DNA from: Zygnema circumcarinatum SAG 698-1b
Lineage: Eukaryota > Plantae > Zygnematophyceae
Reading direction: 5' to 3'
Assembly: GCA_037447605.1 (NCBI GenBank)
Contig: CM074810.1
Span: 3,444,880 to 3,508,879 of the forward strand
Length of the DNA stretch: 64,000 nt
This document shows positions 1 through 12,301 of this stretch, piece after piece. The position numbers were made by a program, and so were the translations under genes. The notes under the pieces were generated by a model. The model made no database searches. It was not told the DNA's origin and was given only the letters and a program-made list of their open reading frames with translations. Each line of letters starts with the position of its first letter. Position 1 is the stretch's first letter.

Positions 1-61
1 AGCATGGCATTCTCCCTGCTTTCTGGCCCATGAGACGGCTGTAACAAGGGGAAATTCGAGG

Positions 62-3000
62 ATGAATGGGCATGCAAGTGAGGCGCCTCCTTCCAGATGG
101 CAAGGTGACGTCAGCAATCTCTTACCTTCTTCCCATTCGCCATCACCATCGTCAGCCCGGCCCCCATCATCCTCTGCAGTGGCGACATCATCATCATCAC
201 TTCCAGCATCACCCGTATTGGCACGAGGAACATCATCCTCAGTAGCAGCAGCAGCAGCAATCGCATCTGAAACTCCTTCTAAAGCATGGTTATCTCAAAA
301 GCAAGGTTCAGAAGAACAGAAATCTGAGAATTTGCATAGAATACCCTCTCCAACTGCAGCATCTGCAGCACCTTCAGAAGATACTTTGCTGGATGAAGAT
401 GGCAGAAGCCTCGGCTTTAGGGTTGGAGAAGGTGCCAAGATTAGGGTCGCAATTAAAGCTGAAGCTGGAGAGAATTCGCAGCAAAGCAACGGGTCTTCTT
501 CAACCACAAATGTGGAAACCCTAAGTTCCGACTTTAGGGGAGAAGAAAAGGATGAAGAGCGGCTGAATGCGAGTGAAGAATTTGGAGCTCTGATGGATAA
601 AGCGTACCAAAAGTTCGCTCGGCTCCGAGAGCTTCCGCCTTATGGGCGCAACAAGTGGGACCTTTACTATCACAAGGCGTTCCATGTGTATGCAAAATTG
701 TGGAAATTTCAACAAGAGCGACGGCAAAAGCTCGTCGAGACAGGATTAAAGTGAGTAACGACTTATGAGAATTTGCTTTCGTTTTTTATTTCTTCATTTA
801 TTTTTTGAATATGGAGTTCATGGTGCCGAGATGGCATGATTGTAGTCGTTGAAGTTTCATTCCGTGTCTCCAAGCAATTATTCGGTGAATATGGCTCGGT
901 TGTTGTACTCTGCAGAGAGTAATAGAAGCTCTTGCAGAGTGTAGTTTTAGAACAGTAGTGGTCATCTATTTCCCTTCCTTCCCCTCCTTCCCTCCCTCTC
1001 CTCCCTTCCCTCCCTCCCCTCCCTCTCCTCCCTCTCCTCCCTCTCCTCCCTCTCCTCCCTCTCCTCCCTCTCCTTCCTCTCCTCCCTCTCCTCTCTCTCC
1101 TCCCTTCCCTCTCTCTCCTCCCTCTCCTCCCTCTCCTCCCTCTCTCCCTGCTTTCCCTCTCTCCTCTCCCTCCCTCCCTTCCTCCTGACACAAGGCTCCA
1201 TCGTCGTCTTTGCCCCTCTTACAGACGATGGGAAATCGGAGAAATTGCTTCCCGCATAGGGCAGCTCTACTACAACTATTACCTCCGGACAAGTGAAGCA
1301 ACTTTCCTTTTTGAAGCTCACATTTTCTACGAAGCCATCAACACTCGCGAATACTTTAAGGACAATGCAAGGTTGGAGCCGGCACTTGCCAATAAGCAGC
1401 TCCGATACTTAGCTCGTTTTGTAGTGGTTTGCCTTCTTCTTAATCGACGGGAAATGGTGAGAAAGCTGCTCAGGCAGCTTCGGATGCTTGTGGATGATTA
1501 CAGCCGCTATTACCAGGTGAATTTTTTTTTCCCACAGTGAGAACAGGTTTTGGTTAAGCTGACTAAGTCACTCAGTTGGCAGTCAGGAAACCTTGGAAAA
1601 CGGTAGTAGTTATAGGAGGGAAGCATCTACAAGAGCAAGGATATGCTCAGTATGGCTTGCTATTATTCATTTACTTTAACTGGTCGCATACAATATTGGA
1701 CTAAATTTGCTATCTCCTTTCCCCCTAATGGTGAAGTGGAGACTCCATTTTGCTTGTTCCTTTCATTTAGAGATATATGTCTCACTCACTATATGTCAAC
1801 CATGGTTAGAAGGTACACTGTCGTCTGCTTTTCCACATTTTCCATTTGATGTTTCGAGGTTGCGTAAACACTTTTTCCCCTGCAATTGCGAAATTTAAGA
1901 AGTTTTTTCTTTATGCAGTATTTGCATCTTCCACGTTAAAAGGTAGCAAAAATTGTTGTCCTCACCTTCATCCCCTTTCTTTCGTTCTCGAAAAGCTTGT
2001 AGCAAATGTTAGAGATTCCTTAGCTTTGAGGGATGAATTGAAGCACTAAGGAGAGCTCATGAATTCGAGAACTGAATTGCACTGACAGTGGCAAAAGCAA
2101 CTCCATATGTAAGCAAAAAAAAAAAAAAAACATTCACACATTCATATACCCTTTTAACTATGTTGTTGTCTGCATTAACAGACTGCCGATGCTAAGGAGT
2201 GGAGATTAATAGTACACGAAATTTTGCGATTTATGAAAGCAGACGCTGCATGTGAAGGAACACGATCGATCCGTTATAGCGTTCTCCTTGATCCATCTCC
2301 GGGAGCACTGCCACCTGTCACGAGCTTATTGGCTCGTTTTGCTCCTGCAAGCCTAAAGCTGCAAGAGGCCATACTTACGAGCTATTATCAGAATGAGGTA
2401 GGGCTCTGCTCTTAATTTGAAGCTTTTCTCTCTCCCACTCTTCTTTCCTCCTCCCTCCCTCCCTCCCTCCCTCTCTCCTTCTCTCTCACTTTCTCTCCCT
2501 CTGCTTGTCCCTGCTTGTCCCTATCCTTCTCCTTTGCCAGCTCCACTCGCATCTCATCTACCACTACACCGGCCTCTCCCTTCCCCTTTCTCACTCTCCT
2601 CCTTTATCTCCTCTCAACCTTTTTCCCCACCCCCCTTTTCCCCCCCCTCTACCACCCTCCACTTTCCTACCTCTCCTAACTCTCTCTCGTTCTTCTCTCT
2701 CTCGCCCTCCCCCCCTCCCTCTCTCCCTCTTTTCCTGCCCCCCTTCCCCCCCACCTCCCTTCTCTCTCTCCCTCCCTCTCTCCCTCCCTCTCTCTCTCAG
2801 GTGAAGTTCAGCGAGTTGACCCTGGACACTTTCCGCATGCTTCAAGCCATAGAGTGGGAGCCATGTGGATCATTCCTGCGATCTCGAACCGGAGAGATTG
2901 TCTCTAGTGCACTTGGAGGAGTGGGAGTTAACCCCACACGTGTGGGTGGAATAGATGAGAACATAGTGGATCCCACTCTCCCTTCAAATCCTCACAAATA

Positions 3001-4791
3001 CATTCTCTACCGGCCAAGTGTACCTCAGCTTTTGCTGGCAAGTGTTGCGCTCCTAACCCTATAGGATTCTCCTATTGAACCAGCATTGACCCTTGATAAA
3101 GTTACATGTACTCGCTGTATGCATGTATGAATTGCGTCCAATTGACCTTGCATCGACCCTCGGTAAAGTCATGTGTTTTTTAAATAGTGTCGTTATGTGT
3201 TGAAATGTATCCGATTGAGCAAGCATTTAGCCTTGATAAAGTGAAACCCATTCGCAGTAACTTTAAATGGGTGTTAAAATGCATAAAGCGAGGGTCGTAA
3301 ATTTCCAGGTGCTTGCAACAGCTGTGGAGGAGCTTCCCCGGGATTCCGTTCTTCTGCTTTATATCTCGGCTTCAGGTTCGTCTCTTTGTCCTATTTAAAG
3401 AGACAGAGAGTCGGGGGAGAGAAATAGAGAGGGAGAGAGAGGGAGAGGGAGGGAAGAGAGGGAGAGGGAGGGAAGAGAGGGGGAGAGGGAGGGGAGAGAG
3501 AGGGAGAGGGAGGAAGAGAGGGGAGAGGGAGGGAGAGGAGAGGGAGGAAGAGAGAGGGAGAGGGAGGGAAGAGAGAGGGAGAGGGAGGGGAGAGAGGGGG
3601 AGAGGGAGGGAGAGAGAGGGAGAGGGAGGGAAGAGGGGAGAGGGAGGGGAGAGAGAGGGAGAGGGAGGGAAGAGAGAGGGAGAGGGAGGGAAGAGAGAGG
3701 GAAGAGGAGGATGAGAGAGGGAGAGGGAGGGAAGAGAGAGGGAGAGAGAGGGAAGAGAGAGGGAAAGGGAGGGAAGAGAGAGTGAGAGGGAGGGAAGAGA
3801 GAGGGAGAGGGAGGGAAGAGAGAGGGAGAGGGAGGGAAGAGAGAGGGAGAGGGAGGGAAGAGAGAGGGAGAGGGAGGGAAGAGGGAGGGAGAGGGAGGGA
3901 AGAGAGAGGGAGAGGGAGGGATGCAGACCTTTCTTAATCCTCTTCACAACAACATTCATCACTGCAACTTAAACCAAATTACCCTAAGTTCCAAACAGGT
4001 GTCAACGATTTTCTTCTTTTTTTCTTAATGTTTTCAAGAATTCTAAGGTTTTCGAAAGAACTGAATCTGCTCATACATACTACATTTGGAACCACTGCTC
4101 ACATTCTGGACCAATTTCATAAAAAGTCTCAAAAGCACAATGTCAAGAATGCCTTTCAAAAATCGGTGTAAAATCCCACCTAAATTTTACGTTACTTAAA
4201 AGCTGTCTTAATCAAACAAAGCAATTTTCTTAAGCTTTCGACTGTTCTCAATTTCGACTCACTAATTTCAACTCGCTATTCTCTCTTTTTTCAACCATTT
4301 CAATAAAAAATCAGGCTTATCCCCACATAACATATCCCCTATATCATCACCCGCGGGAGAAAATGAACCCACAAATCCAAGATCTATGGGAAGCAGTCAA
4401 CGGCCAACGGGACCCGTAACTGCGAGAATCGATCTTGACAACGGAACGGTAACGGCTCGACATGGAACACCTCCCCCCCTTCATATAGGCTCCCTCGAAT
4501 CAGAAGCTTCGGATACGAGCACACCCGGAACCTCTCCAGGAAGTGCTCCTATTACTCCCCGACCCTCTTCTGGGGAGTTGGCCCCTAATAGAGGGGGAAG
4601 CGGCCGGCCTCGGCTTTCGCGTGTGGTAGTGGAGGGAGAGGTAGGAGAGGGAGAGGGAGGAGAGGGCAGGAGAGATGGGAATGGGAGGAGTACTGGGGTG
4701 GGAGTGTGGTTGGGGTCGAGAAGAGACAGCAGAGAGCATTCAGGAGGTGGGATTGCAGTGCAAAATGCAGCAAAGGCAGCAGGTCAGCAAG

Positions 4792-4845
<54 letters not shown>

Positions 4846-7800
4846 ATCTTCTGCCCTCTCCCTCCCCCTCCCCCCCCTCTCTGCAACTTACAAGGAGCTT
4901 CCTCTCTCTCCCTTTCTCCCTTTCTCTCTCTCTCTCACTCTGTAAGTCTCCCGCTGATTAGCCTAAAGTTGTATATGTCCTCTCTCTCTCTCGTAGCAGG
5001 AGACAGTTTCTTGTACCCTGAGGACCTCCTTCCCTTTACTCGTCGACCCCTCTTCTTCATTGTGGATAGTGACAGCAGCCCCGCCTTTGAGGCAAGTTCT
5101 CGTTTCTTTTACCACATAGTACTCTACTCGATTCTCTATAATGAATGAATGAAGGAAGGAAACAATGATTAGGGTAAGATGGATAGAAGTAAAGATTGAA
5201 CGAAGAACACCCTAAAAGCTTCTGTTAATACTCAAAACCCTCTTTTTAATAACCTAAGGGCCTCTTCTTACTACCCTTTAAAAGCCTCTCTTTTTAATAT
5301 CTCAAAAGCCTCTCCATACTACCCTAAATGCTTCTCATTTTAATACCCTAAAAACCTCTATTTCATACCCTGCTGCAGGTATTGAGTGGAGAAGAGAGAG
5401 GCGAGCCGGTGGCTATGCTGCTCTCTCCCGTTGTGCAGCCTGCGGGAGAGAGAGAGAGGGGAGAGAGAGGGGCTTCCCTCCGCCCTCTCTCCACGGGAGG
5501 GAACCTCTTTACCTTCTTCCTCACTGCCCCCCTTCTCGCCTTCTGCCGGCTCGCCAATGTCTCCATCGTTAATATGCCACCTGTAAGTATCAAAATAACT
5601 TCAAGTTCAAATAAAGAAAAATATGTATGTATATGTTGTCTGTGTGTAACAAAAAAGAAGTTGGTCTATACTCACCCCCCCCCAATGTATGTGCGTATAT
5701 GTACACCTATATATATACATACACATGTAGCCCTAAAACCCTCAACCCTAAAGCCTTGAACATAGAACAAGTTACTCAATATGCGCTAGTTATTAGGGTC
5801 CCTTGCCTCCTCCTCCGAAAAAACAAACAAACAAACAAAAACGGAACCATAAAAAAAAATTGTCTCTGATTCTGTTCGTTCCATTCTTGTCAGCTTAAGT
5901 GGTTAACAAACCAACCAGCAAACTCGGCCTGTGGGTGCTTTCGAATTGTGAATAAAACTGATTTTTTTGGTTATGAGATTGAAAATAAAGCGATGTGAGG
6001 GGACGGAGGGAGGGAGGGAGGGGCTTCCCTTCCCCCTTTTTTATGGATATATGTATATATTTTTTTTGTGTTTTTCCCCAGACTCTTTATGAGAGTGCTG
6101 AAAGGCAGCTGGCAATGGAACTCTCCTCTTGGGGGGCAGCCCTTGCCGCTCTCTCCTCTCTCTCTCCTGCATGGGCTCGCCTGCTTGGAGACCCCTTCAT
6201 TCGGCAGTTCGTACTCAGGTGGGGGCTCTCCTTCTGCGGACGAGAGGAGGGAGAGATAAGGGGGAGGGAGGGAGGGAGGGAGGGAGGTGATGAGAGGGAA
6301 GGAGGGAGGAAAGGGATGAGTGGGAGGGAGGGAGGGAGGGAGGGAGGTGATGAGAGGGAAGGAGGGAGGAAAGGGATGAGTGGGAGGGAGGGAGGGAGGG
6401 AGGGAGGTGATGAGAGGGAAGGAGGGAGGAAAGGGATGAGTGGGAGGGAGGGAGGGAGGTGATGAGAGGGAAGGAGGGAGGAAAGGGATGAGTGGGAGGG
6501 AGGGAGGAGGGAGGGATGAGAGGGAAGGAGGGAGGAAAGGGATGAGCGGGAGGGAGGGAGGAAAGGGATGAGCGGGAGGGAGGGAGGGAGGGAGGGAGGG
6601 AGGGAGGTGATGAGAGGGGAAGGAGGGAGGAAAGGGATGAGCGGGAGGGAGGGAGGAAAGGGATGAGCGGGAGGGAGGGAGGAAAGGGATGAGCGGGAGG
6701 GAGGGAGGAGGGAGGGGAGGAATAAGAGGGGAGGGATAATGAAAAGAGGGGGAGGGTGTGTGGCAGGCAGGAGGGAAGGAGGGAGGGAGTGTGCGGGAGA
6801 TGGACAGAGAAAGAGAGAGAGGGAGATCGAGTGGAGATGCAGGGAGTAGAGAGAGGAAGAGTAGAGGAGGAGTCCGGAGGAGGAGCGCGATACTTTTAAT
6901 AGGGGTGGGAGGAGAATGGGAGAGAGAGAGAGAGAGGAAGAGATAGAGCTGATGATGGGGTTAAATGCATTGTTGGAAAAGTCTGAGAAATTGGAATCTG
7001 TAGATTAGAGTAGTGGGGGAGGAAAGAGGAGAGGGAGGCGGAGATTCAGAGAGGGAGAGGGAGGAAGAGAAGAAAGCTTTCAACTGACATATGCAAGATC
7101 CCTCCTGCCTCGCAGATTCGTCTTTTGTAGGGCGGCTATTTCCCTTCATTCGGGATATCGAAATCGCTCTGAATATCTCCCTCGTTGTCTCCCTCCCCTC
7201 CCTCCTGAAATGCTCCCTATGGCTACCAGCATAAGCAGTGGGATTTTCCGCCTTGCTACCTCCTTAGGTATAACGGAACAGTTCGCAGCGGCAGCATCAT
7301 CAGGGATAAGCAGAGTGGGAGAAGAGGGAGGGAAGGAGAGAGGGAGGGAGGAAGGGAGGGAGGGAGAGCGGGAGGGAGAGAGAAGCAGTGTGAGTGGGCA
7401 GGGAGAGGGAATGGGAGTCCCGGGGTTAGTCCGGGCAATCCCACGTGTCCCTCCAGGATTTGAGAGAACGGGGTCTCGGAACAGCTTAGAGAAGGAAGGC
7501 AATCTTGGTTTTCAAAGAGAGGAGGATAAAACTGTCTCTGTGGGAGAGGTGGGAGGGAGAGAGGAGGGCAAGGTTGCGGTAGAGTGGGTTTCAAAGGCAG
7601 GGAGTAGGAGTCAAAGGGTTGGGAGGGAGAAGGGATTCTCGGGTGGGAGAGGAATCCTGCAGCAGCCATGGAGGTATTCATATGATGATCTCAGTTCAAA
7701 GGGGATAGTAGGAGGAGAAGAGAGTTCAGAACAGTATGAAGGAAGTTGGGCTCCGATTGGAAACCTCTTTAGTAGAAGTATGCGGGAGCTGAGGGGAGAT

Positions 7801-8439
7801 GTGGAGTCGGGGGGGGCGAAGGAGAGGGGAGGAGAGGGAGGGGAGCGTGAGAGAGAGTGGGGAGGAGAGGGAGGGGAGAGTGAGAGAGAGAGGGGAGGAG
7901 AGGGAGAGAGTGCGGATGGAGAAGCGAACAGGGGTAGTAGCAGTGAAGAGGAGCCGAGTCCGAGGAGTTCCTTAAAGAAAACGAGGTCGAGGGGGAAGAG
8001 AGTGTTTTCAAAGCTTTTTGGGAGAAGTGGGGGAATGGAGGAAGTGGGTGATGACCAATCTGTGGCTCAAATGAGAGAGAGGGAGATGGGGGTGGGCTGG
8101 AAGGGAGGGGGGATGGCAGGGAGAGAGAGAGGAGAGAGGAGGGGATGGAGGCAACGAGAGAGGCATCACGAGGGACAGGAGAAGGCGCAGTTTTTGGGAG
8201 AGGGAGAGGGGAGAGGGAGAGGGAGAGGGAGGGACGGGCGAGGAGGGAGACATGGGGAAGAGAGAGGGGCGACTCAAGCAGACGAGTCTCAAGGGCGGGC
8301 AAGTGTGAAGGTGTTCAGCCGCTCTATGAGTCAGTTTGATCCTCCGCGGAGGATACCCCAAGGGGGGGAGGGAGAGGAAAGTGAGGGTTGGGAGAGACCC
8401 GAGGTTGGGAACGAGGTGGATGGGAGGGAAGAAAGGTAG
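62..8439 (+). CDS. SCAI: Protein SCAI homologue (suppressor of cancer cell invasion family), 10 exons, ~1240 aa with long low-complexity extensions; may start upstream of the window
   Basis: Spliced model 62-750, 1225-1516, 2182-2397, 2801-3037, 3309-3375, 4315-4782, 4997-5091, 5379-5582, 6082-6218, 7116-8439 keeps frame (3729 nt). Family motifs: KRWEIGEIASRIGQLYYNYYLRTSE, VKFSELTLDTFRMLQAIEWEP, NPHKYILYRPS, LYPEDLLPFTRRPLFFIVDSD, ERGEPVAMLLSP, DPFIRQFVLRFVFCR. The frame is open back to base 2, so the true start may lie outside. Confidence 0.92.
6265..6700. repeat. 60-bp GA-rich minisatellite in SCAI intron 9
   Basis: Lines 6301-6360 and 6361-6420 are identical; more degenerate copies of ggaggaaagggatgag(t/c)gggaggg follow. 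Confidence 0.9.
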
Positions 8440-9220
8440 AGGGAGAACGACGGGAGAGGCAGTGGAAGATGTTCTAGGGTTCATTGAGGGTTTATGATTT
8501 TGGGTGCGAGTGAAGAACAGGCAGGGGAGGGTAAGTTCGGAACATTGCCATTCTTTTTTTGAGAATGAATGTCAACCTCATCGCGTGGACAGGAGGCCTC
8601 TTCCTGTTACCAACGGCGGAACGGTGGCCAGGGGCTATATGTAGGATGATTTGATATCTGAGTTCAAGAAAATTGAACTTTGCGCTTCGAATGTAGGAGT
8701 CGTATTTGTTTTTGTTTGGACCTATTTCATTGAGAGTAATGGCTGACAAAGAAATTTCCCTGCAATTCTCAAGAGATTCTGTGACATGTGACTTTGTAAC
8801 GTGTGAAATGTCTCACGCAGATGGGCGCATGCGTGATAAAATGTAGAATATGACAATACATTTTAGGGTTTGCCAACCTTGATATCAAGCATTAAATTAC
8901 ATTTTGAAACAGTTCTTCTAACAAAGCAGCAACTCACGTCACGAAAACAAGACGCTAAGAGCAATCTTATACTACATGCTGCAATTTCTGTGTACAACTA
9001 TGTGTCTGAGAGAGACGAGAGAAAGGAGAGCGAAAGAAAGATTGAGAGAAAGCGACCTGTTCTGGTCATTACAACACACTCATCTACCCTATTCACAGCC
9101 AAAAAACATGAGCGCCCTTCCTATAAAGTGCGTTGCCTCGTCCTCATCTCCTCCTCCCTCACACGAAACCACGAGTGGAGCGTGCCTTCCAGGAATCTTC
9201 CCCCTCTGGGCGGAGCCTCC

Positions 9221-10976
9221 TCACTTGGCGCAGGCGGAGCAGTTGGGCCCATCCTTGCAGCGAATCACTCCGAAAATTTCGACCTCGTTGCCTTCAGAAG
9301 AGGCGTAAGCAATGGCAAGGGCAGCCGCCTGGGGAAGAGGAGACCCCCCTATGTAAACAAGTGGCTATTTGGCAATCTGGTCATTAGGGTTTCTAAGATT
9401 GTTGGGGTTGTTGTCTTTTAGGGTCATAGGGTTCCTAGGGATTTAGCCCTTTTAGGGCAATAGGGTTATTAAGGTCTTTATCAAAAGCAAAATGGCCACC
9501 ATTGAAGGAGGAGTAAGATCCGAGGTTGCAGAACCCCCCACACTTCCTTCCCCCCTTGTGTGGGGGGGGGGGGGGGCGGAGAGAGGAGGGAGGGAGAAAG
9601 GGAGAAAGGAAATGTGAGAGGGCGGGAGGGAGGGAGAGGAGGTACCATACCTCACTGATGCTTTGAAGGCTGAACTTGCTGACGGCAGCTTCAAGCATCT
9701 TTACATGCTGCCACGTGACAGGCTCTCCAAGGAAACCGCCGTTAGTGGGTGAAAGGCGGAGAATACTAACCAAGAAAATAAAAGGGGAAAAAAAGCAGAA
9801 AACGAAGAGATTGCGAGCACTTACAAATTCCTCCACAGTCAACTCTGCCTGCACCGCGTTGCCTCCTGACAAGAGCCCCTTCTGTTGTGCCACCAAGAAC
9901 CAAAAAGGGGCAAATTTTTCAGACACAAACAATGGATGTGAGGTTCCTTTGAACTCGACATCAACGATGTCTGAATGATTCCCTACCATCAATATGTTTA
10001 GAAAAATGAAAAGAGTGTGGATATAGTTACGCTGTATGCCTACTTAGTTGAAACACAAGCATATCCGCTCTTTTGAACAACAAACGTGCAGCCACTACTT
10101 AATGCGTATTCGAACCCACTGATTACTGAGAATCGACTCGAGTGCAGGCGTGTTTGCTGCTTTTAACCGAGAACATATGAGAGAGAAGGAGGCCCCAAAA
10201 ACCGTTTCTCCAAGTACAAGAAATGAAATCGTGTTCAACGTTTCTGATATATGCGAAATGCAACATCCCGAGAACAGGTGTCCTTGCAAACTTAGTCCAG
10301 TCAAAGTGAAGTCAACTGAAGTCAAGTCAAGCCAACTGAAGTCACGTCATGTCACGTCACCTAGCAAGTATACAGCCATGCATGCATGCAGGAGGACTCG
10401 CCTTCTCGAAGATGGAGTCCAACTCGGCGTCCCGCACATACGTCAGCACTATTCTGAAAACTTTGTCTGCAAACACAATATGCATGACCCAACAATGGAA
10501 AATGGGAGGGAGAAGAGGGGGGAGAGAGGGGTGGAAAGAGAGAGAGAGGGGGGGAGAGAGTGGGAGAGAGGCGGAGGGAGAGAGAGAGAGAGAGGGAGAG
10601 AGAGAGAGAGAGAGGGGGGGAGGGGGCGAAATTGGGACAAGTTTTCTGAGGGTGGTCTGACCAAACAGAGTGAGTGACTACACGTTTTATAATAAGACAA
10701 CAAAATGTTAAGAGACCCATTTGCAGTAATCCAACTTGACAACGTCCACGAACTACAAGAAAATTTTCTGCGTCGTTTCAATTTTTTTTCTTCAAGAAAA
10801 AATCTAAAAACCCAAAAGGTTCCACTGTATAGTTTGTCCGATATGGAAGGAGGGCGGAGCTGACCTTTGTCAGGGAGGCTGTGCTTCGCCGCCATGGCTT
10901 CCAACCATGCGAGCTCCGCTTCTGAGAGAGAGAGCTGCAGAGGGACCTTCTTTGACGCGTGCCCGTGGAGGGCCAT
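9221..10976 (-). CDS. Small protein of two tandem ~55-aa repeats, ribbon-helix-helix-like, with a Cys-rich C-terminus; function unknown
   Basis: Exons 10976-10865 (MALHGHASKKVPLQLSLSEAELAWLEAMAAKHSLPDK), 10466-10402 (DKVFRIVLTYVRDAELDSIFEK), an unresolved link near 10330-10000, ~9982-9825 (..GNAVQAELTVEEF), 9707-9651 (HVKMLEAAVSKFSLQSISE), 9328-9221 (AAALAIAYASSEGNEVEIFGVIRCKDGPNCSACAK*). Splice sites are canonical except a probable GC donor at 10401. The two halves align without gaps. Confidence 0.7.
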
Positions 10977-11698
10977 GGTGGGGAAGGGAGAGAGGGGGAG
11001 AGAGGGAGGGAACGAGAGAGGGAGGGAGAGGGAGAGAAAGAGAGGGAAGAGAGAGAGAGAGTGGGGGAGAGGGAGACAGAGAAAGAGAGAGAGGGCGAGA
11101 GGGTGGGAGAGAGAGGTGCGAGGGAGAGAGAGAAAAACAAAGAAAGAAAGGAAAAAAAGGAGGGAGGGAGGGGGAGGGAGGGAGAGAGACAGACAGGGAG
11201 TGGACTACGACCTTACAAGAGAAAGGGGAGGGAGAGGGGAGAGAGAGATGGAGTGGGAGAGGGAGAGGGGAGCTGTGGAACATAAGGATTTGGAAATGGT
11301 CAACAACAGTAAGGCCACAACAGCTTCCATGTCTCACAACCTGGCGTTTTACGGATTTTGTTGACGGTTCGCTGTTGAAAACGACACATAGAAATTCCTG
11401 GTTTTACTATTTCCATGTGCACCGCAGTTACTATCGCTGTTGAACTGTCAAATGTAACCAATTTACGGTCAAACTGTAGAACTTTCATTTGGCACGGTTC
11501 CACAGAACGTTGACCGGCAACGAAATTAGTCCAATTATGGACCGCCACGTGGTGACAAAGATCCTTTCGACGCGACGCTCGGTACGGCTGCCGCGCTGGC
11601 TCTCGGCCGTACAGGATCGGAATCTGTACAGTACTGTACAGTTACAGTAAGACCCCATCATATTTTCCACCTCCAAAAGTGCGTCACCAATAAATTCG

Positions 11699-12282
11699 GG
11701 AAAATGATACAGGCGCCCCACTTTTTGGATATCTGCGCCCCCTTTCGGGAAAAAACTGTACTTTTATTTTGGCTAATCACGCCCCCCCTTGGATCTTTCG
11801 GGAGGAGAGATCTTGTAGATCAGATTTTGTATTGGAGAATAGGTCAGGTTAGGTTAACACCCCTAATACGTTAACATTGAGTTACCGTACAAAAAGATGG
11901 TTTCGGCAAAATCGGGGCGAATTTCTTGGGGACGCACCTGTACTAGGTGGAAAATATTATGGGGGTCCACTGTATCGGCATGGGAGACCGGCAGCAGGGC
12001 TGTCCAATGGTAGATTGCCACGTAGCAACCTCTGACACAAAAAGGATCAGGTGAGGACAACGTTTCCGTAGGCTCGCCGCATCTCGCGGGCCGCGCCGCG
12101 ATGCGCGGTGCCGTACGTCGGTGCACAGTCGGATCCTGCGCGCGAGGCGCGGGGTCCGATTGGCTACAAGATCTCTCCTCCAGAAAGATCCAAAGGGGGC
12201 GTGATTAGCCAAAATAAAAGTACAGTTTTTTCCCGAAAGGGGGCGCGGATTTCCAAAAAGTGGGGCGCCTGTATCATTTTCC
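11699..12282. mobile_element. Mutator-like non-autonomous foldback element/MITE (family A, copy 1)
   Basis: Termini GGAAAATGATACAGGCGCCCC...GGGGCGCCTGTATCATTTTCC; 8-bp TSD TAAATTCG at 11691-11698 and 12283-12290; no transposase ORF. Confidence 0.88.
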
Positions 12283-12301
12283 TAAATTCGCACCAATTTT
12301 G

